From Lysobacterales bacterium (lineage in GTDB: Bacteria > Pseudomonadota > Gammaproteobacteria > Xanthomonadales > Rhodanobacteraceae): DNA of 64,000 bases. The position numbers and the translations under genes were made by a program. The stretch spans positions 15,514 to 79,513 of the forward strand of contig JBBQQL010000001.1 of NCBI GenBank assembly GCA_038215995.1, read 5' to 3'. This document shows positions 1-11,932 of this stretch, piece after piece. The notes under the pieces were generated by a model. That model saw nothing but the letters and a program-made list of their open reading frames with translations, did no database searches and had not been told where the DNA came from. Position 1 is the stretch's first letter. Every line of letters begins with the position of its first letter.

Positions 1-2
1 CG

Positions 3-626
3 ACCCTGCTGCGCATATTCAACCGGATCTATGCGATCTATCCCAAGCTTGAGGCGAAGGGCGAGATCCTGCTCGACGGCGAGAATATCCTCGCACCCGA
101 CTACTCGATGAATCGGCTGCGCAGCAAGATCGGCATGGTGTTCCAGAAGCCGGTGCCGTTCCCGATGACCATCTTCGAGAATGTCGCCTACGGTATCCGC
201 CATCATGAGAAGCTGTCCAAGTCATTGATGGAATCGCGCGTCGAACAGGCACTGCGAAGTGCGGCATTGTGGGACGAGGTCAAGGATAAACTTAAGCAGA
301 ATGCGCTGGGCCTGTCGGGCGGCCAACAACAGCGCTTGTGCATTGCCCGCGCGATTGCACTGAAGCCCGAAGTGTTGCTTCTGGATGAGCCCACCTCGGC
401 GCTCGACCCGATTGCGACAGGCCGCATCGAGCAGTTGGTGGAAGAGCTCAAGAGCGAGTTCACCATCGTGATCGTCACCCACAACATGCAGCAGGCAGCC
501 CGTGTTTCGGACCAGACCGCCTTCATGTACATGGGCGAGATGATCGAGTTCGACCAGACCGAAAAAATATTCACCAAACCGGGCAAGAAGCAGACCGAGG
601 ATTACATCACCGGACGCTTTGGCTGA
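3..626 (+). CDS. pstB: Phosphate ABC transporter ATP-binding protein PstB (5' partial)
   Basis: Frame open from base 3 ([10 protein letters not shown]...); [38 protein letters not shown], ending [10 protein letters not shown]; upstream of phoU. Confidence 0.97.
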   Translation, partial: TLLRIFNRIYAIYPKLEAKGEILLDGENILAPDYSMNRLRSKIGMVFQKPVPFPMTIFENVAYGIRHHEKLSKSLMESRVEQALRSAALWDEVKDKLKQNALGLSGGQQQRLCIARAIALKPEVLLLDEPTSALDPIATGRIEQLVEELKSEFTIVIVTHNMQQAARVSDQTAFMYMGEMIEFDQTEKIFTKPGKKQTEDYITGRFG

Positions 627-704
627 CGCCAGCAACGGAACGCACGCAAGCCCAGGTGCCGGCACCAGAGATCGGCATGACACCGCAGACATTCGAGGCA
701 CAGC

Positions 705-1340
705 ATGAGCACTGACAAAGACCACATCATCAAGAGCTATGACAGCGAGTTGGGTCGACTGACCGGTGAAATCGTGCGTATGGGCGAGTTGTCGGTGAGC
801 CAGCTCGATGCGGCTATCGACGTACTGGACCGCCGTGATGATCGCGCCGCCCAGCACGTGGTCAGCAATGATGAAGCGATCGACCAGATGGAACAGGAGA
901 TCAGCCACGACGTAGTGCGTCTGCTGGCGCTGCGTGCACCGATGGCTGGTGATCTGCGCAATATCTTCGCCGCCCTGCGCATTGCGGCCGACATTGAACG
1001 CATCGGCGACTACGCTGCCAACGTGGCCAAGCGCTCGATCCCACTGTCCATGTTGGCGCCGGTAGGCCCGTCCGGCGGCCTTGCCTACCTGGCCGAGCTC
1101 GCTTCCGAAGCGGTCCGCGAAGTGCTTTTCGCTTACCGCGATCGCGATGCCGAGCGCGCCTACAAGGTGTGGAAAGGGGATGTCGTGCTGGATGAGGCTT
1201 ATACCGGCTACTTCCGCCAGTTGCTTACCTACATGATGGAAGACCCGCGCAACATCACACCGTGCACCCACCTGCTGTTCATGGCCAAGAACATCGAGCG
1301 GATTGGCGACCATGCCACCAACATCGCCGAGAACGTCTGA
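705..1340 (+). CDS. phoU: Phosphate signalling protein PhoU; TGA at 1338-1340 looks premature (frame continues to TAG at 1434-1436)
   Basis: Two PhoU repeats (DIERIGDYAANVAK; NIERIGDHATNIAENV); in-frame continuation FQVTGEPLDKQRRKGD resembles the usual PhoU C-terminus. Confidence 0.95.
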   Translation: MSTDKDHIIKSYDSELGRLTGEIVRMGELSVSQLDAAIDVLDRRDDRAAQHVVSNDEAIDQMEQEISHDVVRLLALRAPMAGDLRNIFAALRIAADIERIGDYAANVAKRSIPLSMLAPVGPSGGLAYLAELASEAVREVLFAYRDRDAERAYKVWKGDVVLDEAYTGYFRQLLTYMMEDPRNITPCTHLLFMAKNIERIGDHATNIAENV

Positions 1341-1463
1341 TTCCAGGTGACCGGTGAGCCGCTGGACAAGCAGCGCAGAAAGGGTGACCTCACCTCCAGT
1401 CCCGAAATGACCAAGCTCGGCGACAAACCCGAATAGACGCTGGGGCCCCTTACCGGGCTTCGC

Positions 1464-1781
1464 TCAGGTGGCGGTAAGCTTGAGCCCGATGATGCCGACC
1501 ACGATCAGCGCCACGCATGCCAGTCGTGGCAGCGTGGCCGGCTCGCCGAACAAGGCGATGCCGAGTGCCACCGTGCCCACCGCCCCGATGCCGGTCCAGA
1601 TGGCATAGGCCGTGCCGATCGGCAAGCTGCGCACCGATGCCGCCAGCAGGGCAATGCTCACCGCCATCGCCGCCAGTGTGCCCACGCTGGGCCACAGCCG
1701 GGTAAAGCCGACGGTGTACTTGAGGCCGATCGCCCAGACGATCTCGAACAATCCGGCCAGCAAAAGATAGATCCACGCCAT
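1464..1781 (-). CDS. sugE: SMR-family guanidinium exporter (Gdx/SugE)
   Basis: [46 protein letters not shown]; 105 aa; guanidine-II riboswitch directly upstream. Confidence 0.93.
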   Translation of the reverse strand: MAWIYLLLAGLFEIVWAIGLKYTVGFTRLWPSVGTLAAMAVSIALLAASVRSLPIGTAYAIWTGIGAVGTVALGIALFGEPATLPRLACVALIVVGIIGLKLTAT

Positions 1782-1801
1782 GATGACGACCCTCGCTCGG
1801 C

Positions 1802-1846
1802 GCGGGGTCGTCCCCGCCATGGGAAAGACACGAGGTCGTCCCCGTG
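1802..1846 (-). promoter_or_regulatory. Guanidine-II (mini-ykkC) riboswitch
   Basis: Minus strand has two hairpins with ACGA loops (CACGGGG-ACGA-CCTCGTG and GCGGGG-ACGA-CCCCGC); GGGTCGTC near the RBS is complementary to GACGACCC; precedes sugE. Confidence 0.92.
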
Positions 1847-1847
1847 C

Positions 1848-2117
1848 TCAGTGCAGATCGCGTGTTTCCCGCCGATATTTGGCGCCACGCACCATGCCGT
1901 AGACGCCGATCAGCAACCACGCCACCTGCATCAGGAATGCGGCGAGGTTGAAGTTGCCGAACAGCAGCGAAAGCATCACGCCGATCGCGCCGAGGGTATT
2001 CATCACCTGGTAGACCAGTCCATGGCCTTGCAGTTTGCGCTCCTGCAACAGGAAATACGCCAGAAGTACCAGCACCACGCCCAGATAGCCGGCCCAATCA
2101 TGCCAAAGCAGATTCAC
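1848..2117 (-). CDS. Small membrane protein (CBU_0592-like)
   Basis: GTG start overlaps rlmB stop (GTGA); three hydrophobic segments; GYLGVVLVLLAYFLLQ, YQVMNTLGA, FNLAAFLMQVAW. Confidence 0.75.
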   Translation of the reverse strand: MNLLWHDWAGYLGVVLVLLAYFLLQERKLQGHGLVYQVMNTLGAIGVMLSLLFGNFNLAAFLMQVAWLLIGVYGMVRGAKYRRETRDLH

Positions 2118-2860
2118 CGCTTCGCACTCCGCTGACGCAAGGCCTCGAACAGCGCCACGCCGGTAGCGACGGAGACATTGAGGCTTTCCATCGTGCCGGG
2201 CATCGGAATCTTTGCCACGAAGTCGCACAGTTCACGGGTAAGCCGACGGATGCCCTCCCCTTCGCCGCCCAGCACGATCGCCACGGGCCCGCGAAAGTCC
2301 ACGCCGTAGACGGTGGTATCTGTATCGCCGGCCAGACCAGTGATCCATACGCCGGCATCCTTCAGTTCACGCAGCGTACGGGCCAGGTTGGTCACCGCGA
2401 TCAACGGTACCCGGTCGGCACCGCCAGCGGATGCACGGCGAACCACCGGCGTCAGACCGACGGCGCGATCCTTCGGCACGATCACCGCCGTCACCTTCGC
2501 CGCAGCGGCGCTGCGCAGGCAGGCGCCGAGGTTATGCGGGTCGGTGACGCCATCGAGTACCAGCACCAAAGTATCGTTGCCGTCACGCTCGAGCAGGCCG
2601 GCCAGATCATTTTCATGTGCGGCAGGCGCCGCCTCGTAGCGTGCCACGATGCCCTGATGACGGGCTTCACCCGCATGCTTGTCCAGCTCATCGCGCGAAC
2701 GGTGCTGCACCGGAATATTCAACTTCTTCGCGCGCTCGGCCAACTCAAGCACTCGCGAATTGCGCTGGCCACTTTCGACCAGCACTTCGCGCACCCGCTC
2801 AGCATCGTTGCTCAGCGCGCCTTCGACCGGGTTGATCCCGACGATCCAACTCTCACTCAT
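2114..2860 (-). CDS. rlmB: 23S rRNA (Gm2251) 2'-O-methyltransferase RlmB
   Basis: SPOUT motifs LDGVTDPHNLGACLRSA, VLGGEGEG, ESLNVSVA; follows rnr. Confidence 0.96.
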   Translation of the reverse strand: MSESWIVGINPVEGALSNDAERVREVLVESGQRNSRVLELAERAKKLNIPVQHRSRDELDKHAGEARHQGIVARYEAAPAAHENDLAGLLERDGNDTLVLVLDGVTDPHNLGACLRSAAAAKVTAVIVPKDRAVGLTPVVRRASAGGADRVPLIAVTNLARTLRELKDAGVWITGLAGDTDTTVYGVDFRGPVAIVLGGEGEGIRRLTRELCDFVAKIPMPGTMESLNVSVATGVALFEALRQRSAKR

Positions 2861-5574
2861 GACTTGCCTTTCGGTTTCGGTTTCGATCGACGCCGGCTGC
2901 TCTTCTTCGGCGCCGCATCAGCTGCGGCTGCCGGAGTGTGTTTTGCCGACTTGCTGGTACCTGCGTCCTGACGCGGACGGCGTGCCGACGAACCCGTCGA
3001 CTTGCCGGCACCACTGCCGCGTGGTTCATCCCTGCGCTGGCGCGTTGAGCCACGCGAAGCGGGTAGCGGATTATCGCGCGAAGCAGCGGCTTTGTGGGGT
3101 GCTGGCGCGGGAGCCTCGACCACGGCCTCCTTGCGTCCGAATGCCCGACCGATCGCCTTTGCCGCACGACCAAACAGACTCGACGACGATGCCGCAGCGG
3201 CCGGCTTCCTGGGCAGCGAATAGCGCTCACCACTGGCCGCGTAATCGTAGGCCTTCTTGCCGCTGGAGCTCGGTGGCGTGCCCTTGTCGCGCGGGCTCAC
3301 CATCTTGAAGTCGATCTTGCGATCTTCCAGGCTGGCGCGCAGCACCTGGATGCGCACATGGTCGCCGAGTCGGAACTGGGTGCCCGTACGCTCGCCCTGC
3401 AACAGCTTGCGCACGGCATCGAAGTGGTAGTAGTCGTTGGCCAGCTGGCTGATATGCACCAGCCCCGAGACCTTCGATTCGTCCAGCTCGACGAACAACC
3501 CGAACGAGGTCACGCCGGTAACCACGCCATCGAATTCGCTGCCGATGTGCTTTTCCATCCAGGCACATTTGAAGCGCTCATCCACATCGCGCTCCGCTTC
3601 CTCGGCCCGCCGCTCGCGCTGCGAGCAGTGGATCGCCATGGCCGACATTTCGGACGGACTGTAGCTGTAATCCACGGGCTTGCTGCCGGTCAGCGCAAAG
3701 CGGATCGCGCGATGCACCAGCAGGTCGGGATAGCGCCGGATCGGCGAGGTGAAGTGGGCATACGCCTGCAGCGCCAGCCCGAAATGGCCGCGGTTGTCGG
3801 GCTGGTACGCGGCCATGCTCTGCGAGCGCAGCAGCACATTCTGGATCAGTTCGCGCTCGGGGCGATCGTGCACCATGCGCAGGATTTCGGAAAAATCGGC
3901 CGGGGTGACTTCATCCACCGGCGGCATGCGCAGCTTGAACTCGCGCAGGAACTGCTGCAGATCCTCGTATTTCTCGGCCGGCGGCGGCTCGTGTGCGCGG
4001 AATAGCGCGGGAATCTTCTTCTTTTCCAGAAACAATGCCGCCTGCACGTTGGCGGCGATCATGCATTCCTCGATCAGCTTGTGTGCGTCGTTGCGCTCAC
4101 TCGCGCCCATCGACTCGACGTTGCCGGTCTGGTCGAGGCGGAATTTCACTTCCGGTGTCTCGAAGTCGATCGCACCGCGGCGCTTGCGTTGCCCAGCCAT
4201 CGCCTTGTAAAGCGCGTGCAGGTTTTCCAGCTGCGGCAGCACGTCGGCCACTTCGTGGCGCGCATCCTCGTCGCCCAGACCCACCACCTGCCACACCTTG
4301 TCGTAGGTGAGCCGTGCATGCGACAGCATCACCGCGTCGTAGAATTTCGATTTGGTGACCACGCCTTCGGCGTCGACCACCATGTCGCACACCATGCACA
4401 GCCGCTCGACCTTCGGCATCAACGAGCAGATACCGTTGGACAGCGTCTCCGGCAGCATCGGCACCACGAAACCGGGGAAATAGGTCGAGGTACTGCGCTC
4501 GTAGGCCTCGCGATCCAGCGCACTGCCCACCGGCACGTAATGCGAGACATCGGCGATCGCCACGATCAGCCGCCAGCCACCGCCACGTTTCGGCTCGGCA
4601 TACACCGCATCATCGAAATCGCGCGCGTCGGCACCATCGATCGTCACCAGCGGCAGCTGGCGCAGATCGACACGACCCTCGCGTTCGGCAGCAGCCACCT
4701 GGGCTTCCACCAGCGCGGCATCACGCAGCACTTCAGCTGAAAACTCATGGGGCAGGTCGTGGCTGGCAATCGCCATCTCCACCACCAGCGACGGCTGCAG
4801 GCGCTCGCCCAGCACGGCACGGATCTCGCCCATCGGCCCGCGGTGCTGGGTCGGCGGGTCGGTGATCTCGACCACCACGATCTGACCTGCCGTCGCGCCC
4901 TGCTCCTGGCCGGGCTTGATCATCACGTCCTGGTTGAGCCGGCGATCATCCGGCGCAACCAGGGTCACGCCGTTCTCGACCACGACCCGGCCGACCAGAC
5001 GTGGAGAACGCCGCTCCAGCACTTCGGCAATCGCGCCCTGCTTGCGCCCGCGCCGGTCGATACCGACCACGCTGGCCAGCACACGATCACCATGCATCAC
5101 GGTGCGCATCTGCTGCGGGGAGAGATACAGGTCGTCACCGCCCTCATCGGGCCGCAGGAAACCGTAGCCTTCGGCATTGGCCAGCACGCGGCCAGCGATC
5201 AGGTCGAGTTTCTGGGTCGGCGCGTAGCCGCCCCGCCGACCCAGCAGCAGTTGGCCGTCGCGCACCATGGCCGCGAGGCGCTTGCGAAGCGCTTCCAGAT
5301 CGACTTCGTCAAAAATTTGCAGCGCCTCGGCAATGCGCGCCTCGGTCAACAGCTCGGCGCGCTGCTCGAGCAAGGCCAGGATCGCTTCACGGCTCGGGAT
5401 CGGGCGCTCATACCGCTGCGCTTCACGCGCGGCATTGGGATCGTGCAAGGCGCCTGTGGCTGCCTTCTTGCGCTTTTCCGGCCTGCTCGTATCGCGTGGC
5501 GCCCGATTGGCGGTCTTGCGCGTGCTGCTCGGGTCTTGGGGATGGCCGGAATGGGGGGGAGTCTTTTTGGTCAC
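2857..5574 (-). CDS. rnr: Ribonuclease R
   Basis: TIDGADARDFDDAV, AHFTSPIRRYPDL, S1 domain (GVTSFGLFVELD), basic C-terminal tail. Confidence 0.97.
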   Translation of the reverse strand: MTKKTPPHSGHPQDPSSTRKTANRAPRDTSRPEKRKKAATGALHDPNAAREAQRYERPIPSREAILALLEQRAELLTEARIAEALQIFDEVDLEALRKRLAAMVRDGQLLLGRRGGYAPTQKLDLIAGRVLANAEGYGFLRPDEGGDDLYLSPQQMRTVMHGDRVLASVVGIDRRGRKQGAIAEVLERRSPRLVGRVVVENGVTLVAPDDRRLNQDVMIKPGQEQGATAGQIVVVEITDPPTQHRGPMGEIRAVLGERLQPSLVVEMAIASHDLPHEFSAEVLRDAALVEAQVAAAEREGRVDLRQLPLVTIDGADARDFDDAVYAEPKRGGGWRLIVAIADVSHYVPVGSALDREAYERSTSTYFPGFVVPMLPETLSNGICSLMPKVERLCMVCDMVVDAEGVVTKSKFYDAVMLSHARLTYDKVWQVVGLGDEDARHEVADVLPQLENLHALYKAMAGQRKRRGAIDFETPEVKFRLDQTGNVESMGASERNDAHKLIEECMIAANVQAALFLEKKKIPALFRAHEPPPAEKYEDLQQFLREFKLRMPPVDEVTPADFSEILRMVHDRPERELIQNVLLRSQSMAAYQPDNRGHFGLALQAYAHFTSPIRRYPDLLVHRAIRFALTGSKPVDYSYSPSEMSAMAIHCSQRERRAEEAERDVDERFKCAWMEKHIGSEFDGVVTGVTSFGLFVELDESKVSGLVHISQLANDYYHFDAVRKLLQGERTGTQFRLGDHVRIQVLRASLEDRKIDFKMVSPRDKGTPPSSSGKKAYDYAASGERYSLPRKPAAAASSSSLFGRAAKAIGRAFGRKEAVVEAPAPAPHKAAASRDNPLPASRGSTRQRRDEPRGSGAGKSTGSSARRPRQDAGTSKSAKHTPAAAADAAPKKSSRRRSKPKPKGKS

Positions 5575-5643
5575 TCAGTATCCTTGTGATGATTGTTGCG
5601 CCGCGGAGAATGCCACGTCGCAGTGATGGGTTGTGAAAAAGTG

Positions 5644-5672
5644 TTGACAAGCCACTGACAGATGCCTAAATT
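5644..5672 (+). promoter_or_regulatory. Sigma70 promoter for tRNA-Leu
   Basis: TTGACA (5644-5649), 17-bp spacer, TAAATT (5667-5672), then GC-rich discriminator. Confidence 0.75.
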
Positions 5673-5709
5673 ACGCGGCTCACGCAGCTCGATGAGCAAC
5701 GTGACACCT

Positions 5710-5796
5710 GCCCAGGTGGCGGAATTGGTAGACGCACTAGCTTCAGGTGCTAGCGGGGGCAACTCCGTGGAGGTTCGAGTCCTCTCCTGGGCACCA
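5710..5796 (+). tRNA. tRNA-Leu(CAG)
   Basis: GCCCAGG/CCTGGGC acceptor stem, D-loop GGAATTGGTAGAC, anticodon arm CTAGC-TTCAGGT-GCTAG, long variable arm, GGTTCGAGTCC T-loop, encoded CCA. Confidence 0.97.
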
Positions 5797-5803
5797 ATTG
5801 TAA

Positions 5804-5838
5804 ACGAAGGCCGCCTAACAAGGCGGCTTTCGTCTTTT
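5804..5838 (+). terminator. Rho-independent terminator after tRNA-Leu
   Basis: ACGAAGGCCGCC-TAACAA-GGCGGCTTTCGT stem followed by CTTTT. Confidence 0.75.
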
Positions 5839-5896
5839 CGGGGTTCGAAAAGATGCAGACAAGGCTCGCCACATGGCGGGCCTTTGTTCTTGTTCT

Positions 5897-6331
5897 TCAG
5901 GCGTCGCTTGCCGACATGCGCATGGGCAGCACTGGCGGCGCCTTCAACTCGAGCATGTTGCCCTGCGGGTCGTAGAGATAGAGAGAAGGCCCCTCGCCTT
6001 GCGCGCCATAGCGCACGCCCCGCTCACCCACGCGCACATCGTGGGCACGCAGTTGCGCGAGGATGGCGGGTTCGTCGTAGTTCTCCACCAGCAGGCACAG
6101 GTGATCCATGTTGTGCCCCTCACTGCCCGGCGGGAGGCCGCCCTGGCGGCCGAGCTTGCCGTCGATGCTTACCAGATCGATCAGTTGCGCTCCCGCGCGC
6201 AGCTGAACCAGACCGATGCCGTCCTGGCGGCGCTCGACCTGACAACCGAGAACCTCGCAGTAGAACCGTTGCATGGCGGCGATGTCGATCGCGCGCAGCA
6301 CCACATGGTCAATGCCGGCCAGCTTGATCAC
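5897..6331 (-). CDS. VOC/glyoxalase family protein
   Basis: IDHVVLRAID..FYCEVLG, NMDHLCL, LYLYDPQGNMLELK. Confidence 0.9.
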   Translation of the reverse strand: MIKLAGIDHVVLRAIDIAAMQRFYCEVLGCQVERRQDGIGLVQLRAGAQLIDLVSIDGKLGRQGGLPPGSEGHNMDHLCLLVENYDEPAILAQLRAHDVRVGERGVRYGAQGEGPSLYLYDPQGNMLELKAPPVLPMRMSASDA

Positions 6332-6390
6332 GAGACACCTCGAGTGTGGTCAGGGAACAGGCCTCAGAGGATAGCGCCGACCATGCCGAT

Positions 6391-8484
6391 TCAGAGCGTG
6401 AAGGCTGCCGCGGCATCCAGGTCGAGGCAGCGCCGCTCGAACTCCGCCGGTGGCATGGGCAAGGACAGCAGGAAGCCTTGCAACTGGTCGCACCCAAGCG
6501 TACGCAGCTGTTCGGCCTGGCTGATGGTTTCCACGCCCTCGGCCACCACTTCCATGTCCAGCGTATGCGCCAGCGCAATGATCGCGGTAATGATGGCCTG
6601 GGCCTCTGGGCCGCCTTCGTCCAGCGCCTGAATGAAGAGGCGGTCAATCTTCAGCTGGCAGGCCCGGAATTTCTGCAGGTACGCCAGGCTCGAATAGCCG
6701 GTGCCAAAGTCATCGATGGCGAAATCGAATCCACGCGCACGAAACTCGCGCAACAACGCCGTGGTGCGTTCGGCGTCGTGCATGGCCTGGCTTTCGGTGA
6801 CTTCGAACATGATCTGGCCGGGCTTGAGCCAGGCCTCGCTGACAATCCGGCTGGCCGTATCGAGCATGCCTGGCTGGTTCAGCTGCAAGGGCGACAGGTT
6901 GATCGCGATACGGATACTCGGGCGGCCGCGCTCATGCCATTCGCGCAGTTGCCGACAGGTCTCCCTGATCACCCATTCGCCGAGTCGTGCAATTTGGCCG
7001 CTGCGTTCGGCGACCGCGATGAACTCCGCCGGCGACACGACCCCCAATTCGTCATGATGCCAGCGGGCCAGCGCCTCAGCCCCCACGATTACCCCGGTCA
7101 GACCGTCGTGCTTGGGCTGGTAGTGCAGTGTCAGGCTGCCATCCTCGATTGCCGTGCGCAGCCCATGCTGGATGGTCAGCACACGCCGCGCCTGTGCCTG
7201 CGTTCCGCCATCATAGACACGATAGCCATTTCGACCGTTTTCCTTGGCCCCGTACATGGCGACGTCGGCGTGCGCAATCAGGTCTTCGACGGCGTCCCCG
7301 TCCTGCGGGTGGAATGCCAGACCCATGCTGGCAGTCACCCGCAGCTCGGTGCCGTTGATCACGAAATCGTGCTGCATCGACTCGATCAGTCGCTCGACGA
7401 TGCGCAGCGCGGAATCGGGGCTGCGCATGTGATCGAGTACGGCAATGAATTCGTCACCGCCCACCCGGGCCAGGCTTCCGATTCGCAGCTGGGTTTCCAG
7501 TCGTTGCGCCACCGCCCGCAGCAGATCGTCGCCGAAGGCATGACCCAGGGTGTCGTTGATGGTCTTGAAACCATCAAGGTCCAGGCACAGCACGGCAAGA
7601 TGCTGGTCACCCTTGCGCGCTCCCGCCAGGGCATCGTCGATCTGCGCCACCAGGCTTGTCCGGTTGGGCAGGCCGGTCAGCGAATCGTGCATGACGAGGT
7701 GGCTCATCCGGCGACTGAGCTGGTCCAGCGAGCCCTGCAACCGCTGTGCCCGCACGACCAGCCGCGTCCAGTAGTGCGACAACACCAGTGTGCCCAACCC
7801 GGTGACCAGCCCGAGTGCGCCCAACGTGCCCCCCAACCAGAACAGACCCTCAGGCTCCGCCGGATACGGTGCCAGTCGCAGGGGAACGATGGCGGCGGCC
7901 ACGGCGGAATGGAGCAATCCGAAAAGCGTCATTCCCAGCAATACCGCCAGACGCAGTTTTCGCCAGATGCTGTGCTCGTCAGGCGATCGCACGCCCAGGC
8001 GCAGCGCCCTCACTGTCAAGACGATGGCGAGCGCAGCGCATACGTGGACAAAAAGGGATCGCCACCAGATCACATGGACGAGTGCGGGGTCAATATCGAT
8101 CAATAGCAGGCTCAGGTATTGCGTCGACACGCCGGCGAGGCTGAGCACGAGCGCCGTACCGAGGATTTGAAGGCGCGTCATGGACACGGCACTGCCCATA
8201 TACAGCGCCGCCCCGCAGGTGAGCATGGCGGCGCACACGGCTGCCATGCCGACACCAGGATCGAAAGCGACCGGCAGGCGCGGAAGCCAGGTCAGCATGC
8301 CGATCAGGCGCCACGCCGCGAGAACCATGCCCATGCTGATCGTCCCCACGGTCAGCCAGACAACGCGCTGCCAGCGGTTGAGAGACGGCGCCAGCCGCTC
8401 ACAGGTATCCAGACCCTGATAGGCCAGCAGTACCCCCAACAGCAACGACAGCAACGCGAGACTGGTGTGAAACGTGAAAACCAT
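6391..8484 (-). CDS. MHYT-type membrane sensor with GGDEF and EAL domains (c-di-GMP enzyme)
   Basis: About seven TM segments (WLTVGTISMG), HDSLTGLPNR, DLDGFKTINDTLGH, ARVGGDEF, GAEALARW, FAIDDFGTGYSSL; start moved to ATG 8484. Confidence 0.9.
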   Translation of the reverse strand: MVFTFHTSLALLSLLLGVLLAYQGLDTCERLAPSLNRWQRVVWLTVGTISMGMVLAAWRLIGMLTWLPRLPVAFDPGVGMAAVCAAMLTCGAALYMGSAVSMTRLQILGTALVLSLAGVSTQYLSLLLIDIDPALVHVIWWRSLFVHVCAALAIVLTVRALRLGVRSPDEHSIWRKLRLAVLLGMTLFGLLHSAVAAAIVPLRLAPYPAEPEGLFWLGGTLGALGLVTGLGTLVLSHYWTRLVVRAQRLQGSLDQLSRRMSHLVMHDSLTGLPNRTSLVAQIDDALAGARKGDQHLAVLCLDLDGFKTINDTLGHAFGDDLLRAVAQRLETQLRIGSLARVGGDEFIAVLDHMRSPDSALRIVERLIESMQHDFVINGTELRVTASMGLAFHPQDGDAVEDLIAHADVAMYGAKENGRNGYRVYDGGTQAQARRVLTIQHGLRTAIEDGSLTLHYQPKHDGLTGVIVGAEALARWHHDELGVVSPAEFIAVAERSGQIARLGEWVIRETCRQLREWHERGRPSIRIAINLSPLQLNQPGMLDTASRIVSEAWLKPGQIMFEVTESQAMHDAERTTALLREFRARGFDFAIDDFGTGYSSLAYLQKFRACQLKIDRLFIQALDEGGPEAQAIITAIIALAHTLDMEVVAEGVETISQAEQLRTLGCDQLQGFLLSLPMPPAEFERRCLDLDAAAAFTL

Positions 8485-8751
8485 CAAGTTCGCCAACCTG
8501 GCACCCCGGGATGGGGAACAAGAGTGTATCGGCGCAACATGACCAATCTTGAACCACACGAACAGTCGCAGCGCAGTCACTGCCCCGTTGATTGCTACTG
8601 CACGAGATCGGGTGGAAAACCAGTCGACCTCTGTATAATCGTCGCGGTAAACGCATGGTGGGAGAAGCGGTCTGCCCTTTACCGGGTACAGCCGCTGCCG
8701 AAGACGCAACGCCCGTAATCGCTCAGGCCCCCATACCACCATGTGCGAACA

Positions 8752-8845
8752 CTCTGGAGAGACCGGTTGAATCCGGCGCCGAAGGTGCACGAAGCTGCGG
8801 CAGGTCATTGCCGGCTTCCAAACTCTCAGGCAAAAGGACAGAGGG
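8752..8845 (+). promoter_or_regulatory. Glycine riboswitch (single aptamer)
   Basis: CTCTGGAGAGAC...CGCCGAAGGTGCA...AACTCTCAGGCAAAAGGACAGAG directly upstream of gcvP. Confidence 0.9.
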
Positions 8846-8891
8846 GCGCCTCGCGTGCGGCACGGCACGCAAGTCTTCGGATGCCCCAGTC

Positions 8892-11783
<2,892 letters not shown>

Positions 11784-11819
11784 TCCCGCGCGGGCCGCAG
11801 GCCCGCCGTGCGATGGTTG

Positions 11820-11848
11820 AAAAAGGCCCCGCCACGCGGGGCCTTTTT
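11820..11848. terminator. Bidirectional intrinsic terminator
   Basis: AAAAAGGCCCCGC-CAC-GCGGGGCCTTTTT. Confidence 0.85.
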
Positions 11849-11932
11849 CGTTGAGTATTCCGATCGCGGCCTTGTTATGTCGATCGTCCGGACGCATCCC
11901 TGCCAGACGCAGCATGGCCAGGAAAACCCCCG

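Noticed and set aside
1338-1340. Genetic-code reassignment (TGA as Trp) to explain the phoU stop
   Set aside because: pstB, gcvP and many other genes end at TGA at their expected lengths, and one internal stop is TAA
5710-5900. tRNA-Leu as the integration site of a genomic island
   Set aside because: No integrase follows, a normal terminator and core-type genes (gcvP) come next, and no duplicated tRNA 3' end was noticed by eye
6346-8106. Long antisense or alternative-frame ORFs (also 8826-10640, 13169-14539, 34957-36636)
   Set aside because: Shadows of real genes in high-GC DNA with no recognisable motifs
8592-8891. N-terminal extension of GcvP given by the ORF track
   Set aside because: This region holds the glycine riboswitch; homology starts at MSHKNTPS (8892)
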